IMG/VR virus record: IMGVR_UViG_3300037483_001818
From: a virus
Lineage: Duplodnaviria > Heunggongvirae > Uroviricota > Caudoviricetes
Strand: one strand, 5' to 3'
Length of the DNA stretch: 64,000 nucleotides
The notes below the pieces were generated by a model, which was not told the DNA's origin, searched no databases, and saw only the letters and a program-made list of their open reading frames with translations. The number at the start of each line of letters is the position of its first letter. The stretch's first letter is position 1. Position numbers and translations under genes: made by a program. This document shows positions 41,637 to 50,179 of the stretch, one piece after another.

Positions 41637-41683
41637 AAAACCGGCTGTGGCGCTGGGGCAACAAAGTCAATGCCGGTAGAGGT

Positions 41684-42205
41684 CTAGCCGGGAGACACCG
41701 ATCCAATGTCGGACGGTGCAGGCGGCGCATCGGCAGTTATGGGTGCGGCTGGTGCGAGCTGAGGCGCCGGCCTTTCGGGATCAGCAGTGCCGCCCTTGGC
41801 GATCTGGAACGCGCCTGTCACGGTCTTGCCGGCCGCATATGTGATGAAGATCCATTTCGAGAAGTCGGTCCACTCAATCGACGTCATGTTCCCGAGCCCC
41901 GCAAGGATGGCCGCTGTGATGACGAGGAGTACGGCCAATAGGCCACGCTCGGACTTCCAGATGTCGCCGATCGCACCCAGCGGTGACACGGCGACGGCGG
42001 CTGCGCCTGGCACCGGGCCCTTGGCGATCTCGAGAGCTCCCGTCACGGTCTTACCGGCCGTGTAGGTCACGAAGATCCACTTCGCGAACTCCGTCCATTG
42101 GGGCGTCGTCATGTGCCCGAGGCCGGCGAGCGTGCCCGCAGCAGCCACGAGTAGTACGGCCAGGAGGCCCCGTTCAGATTTCCAGAGATCGTGGATTGCG
42201 CCCAT
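41684..42205 (-). CDS. internally duplicated 4-TM membrane protein (holin-like)
   Basis: Two 75-aa repeats WKSERGLLAVLLV...WIF.TY.AGKTVTGA. Confidence 0.7.
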   Translation of the reverse strand: MGAIHDLWKSERGLLAVLLVAAAGTLAGLGHMTTPQWTEFAKWIFVTYTAGKTVTGALEIAKGPVPGAAAVAVSPLGAIGDIWKSERGLLAVLLVITAAILAGLGNMTSIEWTDFSKWIFITYAAGKTVTGAFQIAKGGTADPERPAPQLAPAAPITADAPPAPSDIGSVSPG

Positions 42206-42232
42206 TCCCGTAGTCTCGACGGGAAACAAGGA

Positions 42233-42448
42233 TCACCGCAAGAAATGCGCGTTGGGCCTGGTCTCTGAACCTCTCTTCAACCAGTAGATTCCAAGGCCAG
42301 CTCCCGCGACCACCAAGCCGCCAATCAGCACTGTTTCCCATGGCTTCTTTGCTGGCGTGCCAGGGTTCCTGAACGCTGCCGGCAACGGTGGAATCGGATC
42401 TGGTCCGTCTCGCAGAACTTGGACTCCGTACTCTCCGCGTGCGTTCAT
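42233..42448 (-). CDS. small protein with C-terminal TM anchor
   Basis: VLIGGLVVAGAGLGIYWLKR; TAGACT 6 nt before ATG. Confidence 0.7.
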   Translation of the reverse strand: MNARGEYGVQVLRDGPDPIPPLPAAFRNPGTPAKKPWETVLIGGLVVAGAGLGIYWLKRGSETRPNAHFLR

Positions 42449-42492
42449 GCAGCCAGTCTACTGGGTGGCGGCGCTAGTCTCGACGCCGTTTT

Positions 42493-43506
42493 CTACGGAA
42501 TCTCGAAGTCGACGCGTGCGATCGGTCGGCTCTGGTCGCCGTACGTGCCGTCGATCGTGTTCACGCCGTAGGGGCGGTAGACCGCGCTGGCGTAGTTCCC
42601 CACGTTTGCGTCGGTGATCTCGACCCAGCGCATCGGTTCACCCGAGTAGCCCCGCGCCTTGTCCTTGTACCCGTCGGCAGCGATGCGGTAGAGGCGATCG
42701 CGATCGCGGTGATCGACGACGAACAGCACGGTGTGGTGCCACCAATTCCAAGTACCGTCCTTGCGCTTGGTGGACTGCGCGCACACGACGAAGGTGGGTA
42801 GCGAGGCCCGGCGCGCGAGCAGCTCTCTCGCGTCGACGACCTTTGGATCAGAGCAGCCGGATCGCTTCGCACCGGTGCCGTCCGCCGCGATCGGCGAGCA
42901 CGCGTTGCCATAGCCGCGGTACTCACCACCGCCTGGGATCTTGTGGAGCTCGGGGCCGTCCTCCAGCAGATCGAACAGCGAGGGGATGTTGCCGCCGTGC
43001 GTATAGTCTTCGTTGCGTCGCAAGAGCCAGCCGAGGACGAAGTTTGTCCAGCTCGTGCAGTGGAACGACGAGTAGAGGCGGCCGAGCATGTTCGGCCAGC
43101 TCTTGATGTCTCCGCCGAGCTTGCCGGCACCGTACGTCACGACGAATTGTCCGTCGTGCCACAGCCCCCGCCCCGGGCCGTAGCGCGCGTGTGCGACGAC
43201 CGCGGAGACGAGTTGTTGGAACGCGGCCCACGTCGTGGCCTCGCAGGGAATGATGCTTGGCGGCGGGGGTTGTGCCGCCGCTGGTTTCTTCTTCTTCGCG
43301 ACCGCGGCGTCGAGGGCGCTGATCGTCATCGGGCCTGCGACTTCGTCGTCGTCGAGATCGGGGCGATCAGCCTGGAACGCGTGCACGGCCGCGGCGGTTC
43401 GTCCGCCATAATCCCCGTCGATATCGCCGGGATCGTAACCCGCGGCCTTCAGTTTTAGCTGGAGCTGCTCGACGTCGGGGCCTTGCGAACCTTGCTTGAG
43501 AACCAT
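42493..43506 (-). CDS. peptidoglycan-binding protein with putative Cys-His (NlpC/P60/CHAP-like) hydrolase domain; candidate endolysin
   Basis: LKQGSQGPDVEQLQLKL..AGYDPGDIDGDYGGRTAAAVHAFQ (PG_binding_1); FHCTSW and WHHT; TAGAAT 5 nt before ATG. Confidence 0.75.
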   Translation of the reverse strand: MVLKQGSQGPDVEQLQLKLKAAGYDPGDIDGDYGGRTAAAVHAFQADRPDLDDDEVAGPMTISALDAAVAKKKKPAAAQPPPPSIIPCEATTWAAFQQLVSAVVAHARYGPGRGLWHDGQFVVTYGAGKLGGDIKSWPNMLGRLYSSFHCTSWTNFVLGWLLRRNEDYTHGGNIPSLFDLLEDGPELHKIPGGGEYRGYGNACSPIAADGTGAKRSGCSDPKVVDARELLARRASLPTFVVCAQSTKRKDGTWNWWHHTVLFVVDHRDRDRLYRIAADGYKDKARGYSGEPMRWVEITDANVGNYASAVYRPYGVNTIDGTYGDQSRPIARVDFEIP

Positions 43507-43511
43507 GGGAG

Positions 43512-43560
43512 ATTCTACTGATGCAGGATGTTCGCCGCGATTTTGTAGCACTGCTAGGAT
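43512..43560. promoter_or_regulatory. divergent pair of leaderless-type -10 boxes
   Basis: TAGAAT (-, 43512-43517) and TGcTAGGAT (+, 43552-43560), each 5-6 nt from an ATG. Confidence 0.6.
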
Positions 43561-43566
43561 GGCATC

Positions 43567-43788
43567 ATGTTTGAGCACCAAGGGCACGTGTTCGTGGGGC
43601 AAGCGATGGGGCACATCAAGACCGCGAGCGACGCACGTGTGGCGCAGCGCACGCCGGAGCAGGACCTCCAGATGGCCGGCAGGGCCGTCGGTCGTGCCTA
43701 CAAGTTCTTTTTGATGGCCGGCTTGACGCAGGCGCAGGCCGTCGATCGCATCGTTTCCCTCGCGCAGTCGTTCGGCTCGCTCGAATAG
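43567..43788 (+). CDS. hypothetical protein
   Basis: TAGGAT-6 nt-ATG. Confidence 0.6.
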   Translation: MFEHQGHVFVGQAMGHIKTASDARVAQRTPEQDLQMAGRAVGRAYKFFLMAGLTQAQAVDRIVSLAQSFGSLE

Positions 43789-43854
43789 TTCAGGCCGCAG
43801 CGCGCGGTCAGTCGATAATTCGATCTGCGGGCGCTGCGACCACACAATGCCCGC

Positions 43855-44121
43855 ATGATGACCTGCACCGTAGAGGGCTGCGCCATGTGCGCCGGCAGAA
43901 GTTGCGCTGCCTGCAACGTGGATGACCTCTCTTCGCCGTGCGAGCACGACGTCGCCGCACGCCATCGAGGAAACCAACGGACCGTGGATGCACGAGACCA
44001 TGTTAACGAACATCTCGATTCACGAGCACCGACGAAACCGTTACCAGAGCGGTTACTCGCTGACCGCATCGAGGTCGAGCCCGCGGATCCAGATTCCTTC
44101 GCGCACTTCCTCGAGACGTAG
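43855..44121 (+). CDS. Cys-rich hypothetical protein
   Basis: CACAAT-6 nt-ATG. Confidence 0.5.
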   Translation: MMTCTVEGCAMCAGRSCAACNVDDLSSPCEHDVAARHRGNQRTVDARDHVNEHLDSRAPTKPLPERLLADRIEVEPADPDSFAHFLET

Positions 44122-44229
44122 CATCGAGAAAGATCAGGCTGCGATGCACGACAAGCTGGAGCGAGATCGCAAGGAAGCCGACGATACCTTCGACAAGAAA
44201 TTCGACGGATCGAAGGACGCCTGACTACA

Positions 44230-44406
44230 TCAAGATAATGGCGAAGCGTCGCCGCGTCCGTACGATCTGAGCCCTGCGAGCACGGCTTTGAGGTCCTCGG
44301 TGCTGGAGTCGAGGGCGTGCTTCGCCGTGCCGATGGCGCTCGACAGCGCCTCCGCGGTCGCGATGGCGAGACGGACGGCGTTGATTGCGGTGTCGACGTC
44401 GCTCAT
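44230..44406 (-). CDS. small amphipathic helical protein
   Basis: AAGGAG SD; ATGA-coupled to the lipoprotein gene. Confidence 0.55.
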   Translation of the reverse strand: MSDVDTAINAVRLAIATAEALSSAIGTAKHALDSSTEDLKAVLAGLRSYGRGDASPLS

Positions 44407-44792
44407 GGAGTCTCCTTCAGCTTCTTGTAGAGATCGAGGGCCTTGGCGGCGGCGGCGACAGCGGCTGTCGTACTTTTGGTGTCGTCCAGCAGTGCGGCAT
44501 CGTGGACGGCGTTGTAGCCCACGTCGATCGCCTTGATGGCGACGTCGATTTTCGCGCGCCATGCATCGACGCGCGTGTGTCCTTCTTCCTTGGAGCAGCT
44601 CGGCGGGTTGCAGCTGGCGTAGAGCTGCTTCTCGCGTTCTTTGCTCAGTACGAGCACGGAGTCTCGCGCCGTGTTCAATGCAACGAGGTTCACGCGCAGC
44701 GTCTTGGTCCGCGAGCTCGCGCCGCACGCAGCGACGAAGCAAAGCAGCATCACGAGCCGGGTTGTCCGGTGTCGAAGCGTGCGTTGAATCAT
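44403..44792 (-). CDS. lipoprotein (possible spanin-like component)
   Basis: Basic N-terminus, hydrophobic core, lipobox VAAC; TAGGGT-6 nt-ATG. Confidence 0.7.
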   Translation of the reverse strand: MIQRTLRHRTTRLVMLLCFVAACGASSRTKTLRVNLVALNTARDSVLVLSKEREKQLYASCNPPSCSKEEGHTRVDAWRAKIDVAIKAIDVGYNAVHDAALLDDTKSTTAAVAAAAKALDLYKKLKETP

Positions 44793-44859
44793 ACTTCGAC
44801 CCTACTCCCAACGAACGCGGTGGTCCAAAAACCGGCGACAACGCGGTACGATCGTGGAG

Positions 44860-45096
44860 ATGTCCGGCACCTCGTTGTTCTCCGCGGCCAAATACACATA
44901 CCGATTGCTCTGGGACGAGAGCAAGCAGCGCTACCTCGGCGTGTGCTCCGAGTTCCCGGATCTCAAGTACGAGGCCACAAGCACCAACGAGGCGCTCCTT
45001 GGGATTCAGAACAGGGTCGCTGAAGAGATCACGAGCCTCTCGGGCCTGAAGAAACCAGTTCCCGAGCCGCTCGCGATTCGTCGGTTTGGGCCCTAG
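44860..45096 (+). CDS. hicB: HicB-like antitoxin (N-terminal domain only), orphan
   Basis: YTYRLLWDE...YLGVCSEFPDL...EALLGI...PVPEPL; no adjacent hicA. Confidence 0.7.
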   Translation: MSGTSLFSAAKYTYRLLWDESKQRYLGVCSEFPDLKYEATSTNEALLGIQNRVAEEITSLSGLKKPVPEPLAIRRFGP

Positions 45097-45650
45097 AACG
45101 CCAGGGCAACGGCGTCCTTCACGTCGACGCCGATGCTCGCCAGCGTTTTCTTGATGTTCGCGACGGCCTCAGCCTTGGTGTACTCGACGCCGTCTGCGAT
45201 CACCTTCGATCCAGTGCCCCAGATCCTTTGACCTTCGGGCAGCTCCTCGACGGTCCAGGACCACTCGTCGTCGTCGATCGCGGACAAACCATAGCCGATC
45301 TGACGTTTCGTCTGAGGTTTGGCCGCGAGCGCCTCAGCGATCTCGCGATCTAGTTGCTTCGGCGACTTCTTCGCCTCTGGCGGCAATGTCACGGTGATGT
45401 TTACCCACTGATCCATGACGGCGACGTGTGTGCGCGCACCAGGCACGGCGCGCTCTACGGCTCTTGCGTGATCTTTCGCAGACTGCACGAACTTGCGACT
45501 CGCCGGTTTGTCGCCAGCTGGATAGGTCCTGCCTGACGTGTTGTCGGCTGCCGAGAAGACGAAGGGTTCGTCTCCGTGTTCGACGAAGCCGACCAATTTC
45601 AGCATATGGCGGATTGTCGTCTGAGCAGTCGCAGGGGTCATTGTCGGCAC
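45093..45650 (-). CDS. hypothetical protein with internal QLDREIAEAL tag
   Basis: KKSPKQLDREIAEAL; TATACT-7 nt-GTG. Confidence 0.7.
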   Translation of the reverse strand: MPTMTPATAQTTIRHMLKLVGFVEHGDEPFVFSAADNTSGRTYPAGDKPASRKFVQSAKDHARAVERAVPGARTHVAVMDQWVNITVTLPPEAKKSPKQLDREIAEALAAKPQTKRQIGYGLSAIDDDEWSWTVEELPEGQRIWGTGSKVIADGVEYTKAEAVANIKKTLASIGVDVKDAVALAF

Positions 45651-45706
45651 AAAGGGCAGTATACGCTGCCGTGGCTTGACCGTGAATGAACTCTGGTGCC
45701 GCTGCG

Positions 45707-45997
45707 TCACGCCATGCCGGTCGTGAACGTTTCGATCACGCGGTCGTCGCGAACGATCGCGATGCCGCGACTGCCCGAGAGCGCACCCCATGGACCATCC
45801 CAATAGTAGAAGGCGTCATCGGGTCGCCCCACGCTTCGGATGAGACGGGCAGGGTGCCGCGTTCCGTCGAAGCCAATCCATCCGCCACCGCCACGTTGGA
45901 TAATCAGCTCGTCGCGCTGCCACGGATCAAGGTCTGGTCGCACGGCGATCACACTTGGTGTAAGCGGATAGAGCGTCAGCCCTTGGTAGACGATCAT
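45707..45997 (-). CDS. hypothetical protein
   Basis: ATGA overlap. Confidence 0.6.
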   Translation of the reverse strand: MIVYQGLTLYPLTPSVIAVRPDLDPWQRDELIIQRGGGGWIGFDGTRHPARLIRSVGRPDDAFYYWDGPWGALSGSRGIAIVRDDRVIETFTTGMA

Positions 45998-46245
45998 GGG
46001 CGGGTCTGCCTGTAAGCAGCGACTTTTACATCGAGCTGCCGTTGGCTTTCATGAAAAGCATCGTGCCGATCAGCTTCATCGTTCGCGCCGTCTTCGCTGG
46101 TCCACTTGCCGTGAACGCCAATGCGCGCACGCATGAACCGGCAATAGTCGCAGTTCCAACGGTACCGGTCGCCAATCGGCCGCAGGATCGAGTCGCCCCC
46201 GGGCGCTGGCAGCATCTCGATGTGAGCGTAGCGTCTGTTCGTCAT
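45994..46245 (-). CDS. C2H2-like hypothetical protein
   Basis: CDYC...HDAFH. Confidence 0.55.
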   Translation of the reverse strand: MTNRRYAHIEMLPAPGGDSILRPIGDRYRWNCDYCRFMRARIGVHGKWTSEDGANDEADRHDAFHESQRQLDVKVAAYRQTRP

Positions 46246-46265
46246 TCACGTGCTCGTCGAACATT

Positions 46266-46616
46266 TCACCGTTTTGTCCGCTTTGTGCCAGTGGTGACCT
46301 GCGCCGCAGCTGCATAGGCAGCGTGGGCTTCGGCAGTTTCTGCCGCGGTCGGTCGTCGTGTCCGCGCGATCTTTGCGAGCTTCCGTTCGGCGTCGCGTGC
46401 GTGCTGAATGACGGCTTGGATCTTTGCTGAAGGATCGGCAACCTTGGGAGGGGAGAGCGCTTCGGCGATTGGACGATTACCGCCCGGACCGTACGTTTCT
46501 GTCTTGTAGCGGAGGCCCCCGAGGTAGCTCGATTCCGAGATGGGCTTGATCTCTGCTTCCGCAAGCGCTTCGGCGATTTCGCGGTTGAGCTGTGCCACAG
46601 ACTTTTTCTTCTCCAC
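46266..46616 (-). CDS. hypothetical protein with N-terminal QLNREIAEAL tag
   Basis: KKKSVAQLNREIAEAL; TAAGGT-6 nt-GTG. Confidence 0.7.
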   Translation of the reverse strand: MEKKKSVAQLNREIAEALAEAEIKPISESSYLGGLRYKTETYGPGGNRPIAEALSPPKVADPSAKIQAVIQHARDAERKLAKIARTRRPTAAETAEAHAAYAAAAQVTTGTKRTKR

Positions 46617-46628
46617 GTTTGAACCTTA

Positions 46629-47297
46629 TCACCTACCTGGGTGACCTACTTCACGTGCCTGAACTTGGACAGGGACAAAGCCCTTGGCGGACAACTCGAA
46701 ATAGCCCACCGCGTTGGTCGGCCCGAAGCGGTTCTTGTTCGGGCAGCGCAGAATCCTCTCGCGACCATTCAACGTTGCTCCCTGCGACAGCTTGAGCACG
46801 ACGTCGACGTCATGCTCGATCGTCTTGGGGCCCGCGACGTCGCCTCCGCCCGTGACGTGTCCGATGAGCCAGAACGTCGTGTCGGTCGCCCTGGCGTAGA
46901 GGACCAGACGCGAAAGGCACTTCCTGAGCTGAGTGAGCGAACCTGCACGTCCGTCCACGTCTTCGCAAAGCAGCGTTTGGATCGAATCGATCGCGATTGT
47001 CCGCGCACGCATCGCTCGCGCCCCGGCGAAGATCGTCTTGAGGTTTCGTTCAGAGCGTACGGAGACGCGTGGTGTTAACGCGCCGACGCGGCGAGCCGTC
47101 CCCTCGACATGTTCGCGCGTCTCCTCACCTGACGCGTACAGGCATTGGTGCCCGAGCCCGGCGAGCACCTGGAGTGTCAGGGAAGTTTTCCCAACGCCCG
47201 GCGGAGCTGCAAGCAGGATGATGGACGCTGTCACCAAGCCTCCGCCGAGTACGTGGTTGAGCGGTGGCAGGCCCGTCGAGTTGCGCTCCAAGTTCAT
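46629..47297 (-). CDS. radA: RadA/Sms-like ATPase (core domain only)
   Basis: Walker A APPGVGKT, YASGEE, IDSIQT, GHVT, AGPKTIEHDVD, KNRFG; lacks the Zn finger and Lon-like domain. Confidence 0.85.
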   Translation of the reverse strand: MNLERNSTGLPPLNHVLGGGLVTASIILLAAPPGVGKTSLTLQVLAGLGHQCLYASGEETREHVEGTARRVGALTPRVSVRSERNLKTIFAGARAMRARTIAIDSIQTLLCEDVDGRAGSLTQLRKCLSRLVLYARATDTTFWLIGHVTGGGDVAGPKTIEHDVDVVLKLSQGATLNGRERILRCPNKNRFGPTNAVGYFELSAKGFVPVQVQAREVGHPGR

Positions 47298-47312
47298 CGC
47301 CAAAGCATACCG

Positions 47313-47720
47313 TTAGTCGTCGACAACCTGGGCACGCACGCTGTCGGCGCCCAAGATATAGAGGGCAAGCGATCGGTGATTGCCGCCAGCGATGTAGTAC
47401 CGCCGGCCGTGGCTTGGGATCACTCGAATGTTGTCCTTGAACTGGTACATCGCGTCGGCGCCCTTGTCGACGAGCCACCGAAGCGCTTCGCGTTGATCCG
47501 GCCAGCCCTTGTGCTTGGGCACGTCCTCGCCCACGTAGGCGGCCTTGACCTTCTTCGCCAGTTTGGTGAACGGCAGATCGTGCAGCGTTCTGAACCCGAA
47601 CACGTCTCTGAAACCGTACTTGCGGCCACGATGGACGCCGATCTCGGAGTGGGCCAGCACGAGATCGTCCATTGGGACGGTGACGAGGTCACCGGGCTTC
47701 GCCTTCTTCTTCTTGCCCAT
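47313..47720 (-). CDS. ParB/Srx-like N-terminal domain protein
   Basis: IRV...YYIAGGNHRSLALYILG. Confidence 0.55.
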   Translation of the reverse strand: MGKKKKAKPGDLVTVPMDDLVLAHSEIGVHRGRKYGFRDVFGFRTLHDLPFTKLAKKVKAAYVGEDVPKHKGWPDQREALRWLVDKGADAMYQFKDNIRVIPSHGRRYYIAGGNHRSLALYILGADSVRAQVVDD

Positions 47721-47846
47721 GGCCGTATCTCCGACGAGTTTATTCTGCCACGACGTCAGAGCGCCAGGTGAGCGCTGAAAACACCTGGCGAAACGAGATC
47801 TGCCGCGCGGCGAGTCAGAGGGCCGGGCGTGGGGCAGGGGACGGTC

Positions 47847-48446
47847 TCATGATGTCGTCTCACGCGCGGGAGCCGCCCAGGCGATCGCCGCTGTCTCGAG
47901 GGCGACGCGCGCCTCGGCCCGCCCCTGCGGATTGGTAGAAGCAAGCGTGCGGGCGGCGTCGAGCAGGGCGGATAGCTCGGGGCGCCGCTTATTCGGGGAA
48001 GCTCCACGCAGCCACTTGTCGTCGCGGCGCTCAGTTCGCTCATGGAGCTTGGCAACGGTTTCATACGCGCGGAGAATCGTAGGCGCCGCGCCCGACCACA
48101 CGAGGTACCACACAGCGGTCAGTGGAGCTCGTTCCTGCGCGTGGATGCAGTGAACGAGGACCTTCTTGCCGATCTGGAGCTTCCACCAGATCGTCTCCGC
48201 GATCAGATCGAGCTTGTGAGGGCAGGCGTGCCATCCATTTGGCCAGTCGACCATGAACGGCAGGTCGAGAGATCCTTCCGGCTCACGTGGCAGCTCTTCC
48301 TTGCGCTTGTAGCGCGATCGGTACTCGGTCACAGAGATGCACACCCAGTCGTCCGGGACGCGGGTACCCAGAGCCTCGGCATCTTCGCGGGTGCCGATGA
48401 AGAAGTTCGGGAGGATCTCGGTCGCCGTTGTCGCCGTGCCTGCCAT
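47847..48446 (-). CDS. dual-specificity/PTP-like phosphatase
   Basis: EILPNFFIG; KVLVHCIHAQER = HCx5R. Confidence 0.8.
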   Translation of the reverse strand: MAGTATTATEILPNFFIGTREDAEALGTRVPDDWVCISVTEYRSRYKRKEELPREPEGSLDLPFMVDWPNGWHACPHKLDLIAETIWWKLQIGKKVLVHCIHAQERAPLTAVWYLVWSGAAPTILRAYETVAKLHERTERRDDKWLRGASPNKRRPELSALLDAARTLASTNPQGRAEARVALETAAIAWAAPARETTS

Positions 48447-48491
48447 GCGGATCATTGTCCCCTCGACCGGCAAAAGAGGGAAGCGCCAGGG

Positions 48492-48800
48492 TCAGGACGA
48501 GATCGGCGGCTCTGCGTCCCCTTGGATAGTGGGGGTCAGCTCGCGAAGATCCGCGATGCAGCCGCGGAGCAGGTCCGGCATTTCGGAGGGTGCCGGCTTC
48601 GGGCCGCCGGTGCGCTTCGCGAACGTGCACATCACAAGCGCGTGCTCACGTCCGTTGATGCGGTAGTCCGCGTGCACGATGGCCGAGCGGATGGGCATGA
48701 TGCTTCCCGCCTCCGCATACTCCACTGCGATTTTGAGAACGGTGATCGCGTCGTCGCGAAGCTTCCGTGTGATGTCCGTCGGAATCGTCCACTTGGTCAT
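48492..48800 (-). CDS. hypothetical protein
   Basis: ORF; GACACT-6 nt-ATG. Confidence 0.55.
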   Translation of the reverse strand: MTKWTIPTDITRKLRDDAITVLKIAVEYAEAGSIMPIRSAIVHADYRINGREHALVMCTFAKRTGGPKPAPSEMPDLLRGCIADLRELTPTIQGDAEPPISS

Positions 48801-48839
48801 GCGGCGAGTGTCTCCAGTCACGTACATCGAGTTCAAGTG

Positions 48840-48885
48840 AGAAGCCTCGTCGGGATCACGATGTGGTGATCCCGACGAGGCTTCT
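48840..48885 (-). terminator. perfect 20-bp stem hairpin downstream of the lipocalin gene
   Basis: AGAAGCCTCGTCGGGATCAC-gatgtg-GTGATCCCGACGAGGCTTCT; weak U-tract. Confidence 0.65.
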
Positions 48886-48919
48886 TAGGAGCGGATGCGG
48901 GGTCAGACGCCCTTGCGGG

Positions 48920-50071
48920 TCAGACGCCCTGGCAGCAACCGCCGGGCGGCACGAACTGCTCGTAGTAGCCGGTGCCGAGGATCGGGTTGCCGTTCTTGCG
49001 GCCGGTGACCGTCATCATGCCTTCCAGGAAGGGCGAGAACAGGCCGCCTGATTCGATGACCTGCCTCGGGTGCGCCATGCGCACGTCGATCTCGATTCCG
49101 TCGGCGGGGATCGAGATGTGGTTGGCGTTCTCGAGCGTGCTCGGCGGAGGACCCGCGCTCGACACGGGCGAGCCAAGGCCCGTGATCGTCACGTTCGTGA
49201 ACGTCTGCTCGGTACAGGCGGGCGCCGGACCCATCTTGTTGACGACGCGGATCAGGCTGTTGCCCGTGTCGACCGCGTACATGTCCCAGATCATGTACTG
49301 CGTGTCGTCGGCGAGGTGGATCGAGAACCACTTCCAGTAGGTGTTGTTGGCCTGCGAGCCGGGGGTTCCGATCACGGTACCCCACTGGCGGTCGTACCAG
49401 CCGACACCGGCGGCGAGGACAGCCTGCTTGCCCGGGCGCTTGATCGTGCCGGTCGCGATCATGCTGCGGCGCTGGAGGTAATACTGCGTGCCGTGGGTCG
49501 TGCCGGTCACCTGGTCATCGTAGTGGCCGATGCCGTCGAAGAAGGACGCCGACGGGTTCTTGTAGCCCTCGTATGCGATCGAGGCAGTTGTTCCATCCGC
49601 GAAGGTGAACGTGAGGTGATCGCGACCGCCACCACCTGTCGCCGTGAAGGCGCCGTCACCATCGGAGAGATCGACGTCGAAACCGCCGGGCACGTACGGA
49701 TAGCCCGGGCTCGGCATGAACGGGCCGCCACCGCCCCAGACGAACTGGTTGTGGAACTCGCCGGTCGACAGATCCGTGAAGGCGATCTGCGCGACGTCGA
49801 GGATGAGTGGACCGAACGCGAACTGGAACACGATGGTTTCGACGCCGAACGTCTTGCCCAGGCCGACGAGCACGGTGTTCCAGTACCACTGCTCGTACAC
49901 GTGAACGGGGACACCGTTCGCGTCGAGGTGGATCGCGTCGTCGGCAGGCGACACGTTCGCGCTGGCCGGCATCGGATGCGCGCACAGGTTGTGGGCATCG
50001 TTGGCGGAGGCGATGGTGCTTGAGGCGAGCATCGCGGCGGCTACAACAAACGTCAGACAGACTTTTCGCAT
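48920..50071 (-). CDS. secreted AttH/CrtC-like lipocalin-domain protein
   Basis: Signal peptide; EQWYW, WYDRQWG, WKWFSIHL, FLEG, GYYE; GGAGG SD. Confidence 0.8.
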   Translation of the reverse strand: MRKVCLTFVVAAAMLASSTIASANDAHNLCAHPMPASANVSPADDAIHLDANGVPVHVYEQWYWNTVLVGLGKTFGVETIVFQFAFGPLILDVAQIAFTDLSTGEFHNQFVWGGGGPFMPSPGYPYVPGGFDVDLSDGDGAFTATGGGGRDHLTFTFADGTTASIAYEGYKNPSASFFDGIGHYDDQVTGTTHGTQYYLQRRSMIATGTIKRPGKQAVLAAGVGWYDRQWGTVIGTPGSQANNTYWKWFSIHLADDTQYMIWDMYAVDTGNSLIRVVNKMGPAPACTEQTFTNVTITGLGSPVSSAGPPPSTLENANHISIPADGIEIDVRMAHPRQVIESGGLFSPFLEGMMTVTGRKNGNPILGTGYYEQFVPPGGCCQGV

Positions 50072-50179
50072 GTGGGGATCCTCCAAATTTTGAAAGCGTT
50101 CGAGAAGCCCGAGTATGCAGCTCTCAGTTTGGAGAAGAGCATGGGCGGTAAAAAATACGGAGTTCTACGTAAGACCCGG

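Noticed and set aside
43507-44013. N-terminal extension of the 506-aa track ORF 42493-44013
   Set aside because: The PG-binding domain starts at ATG 43506 with its own -10 box; the extension overlaps two plausible + strand genes.
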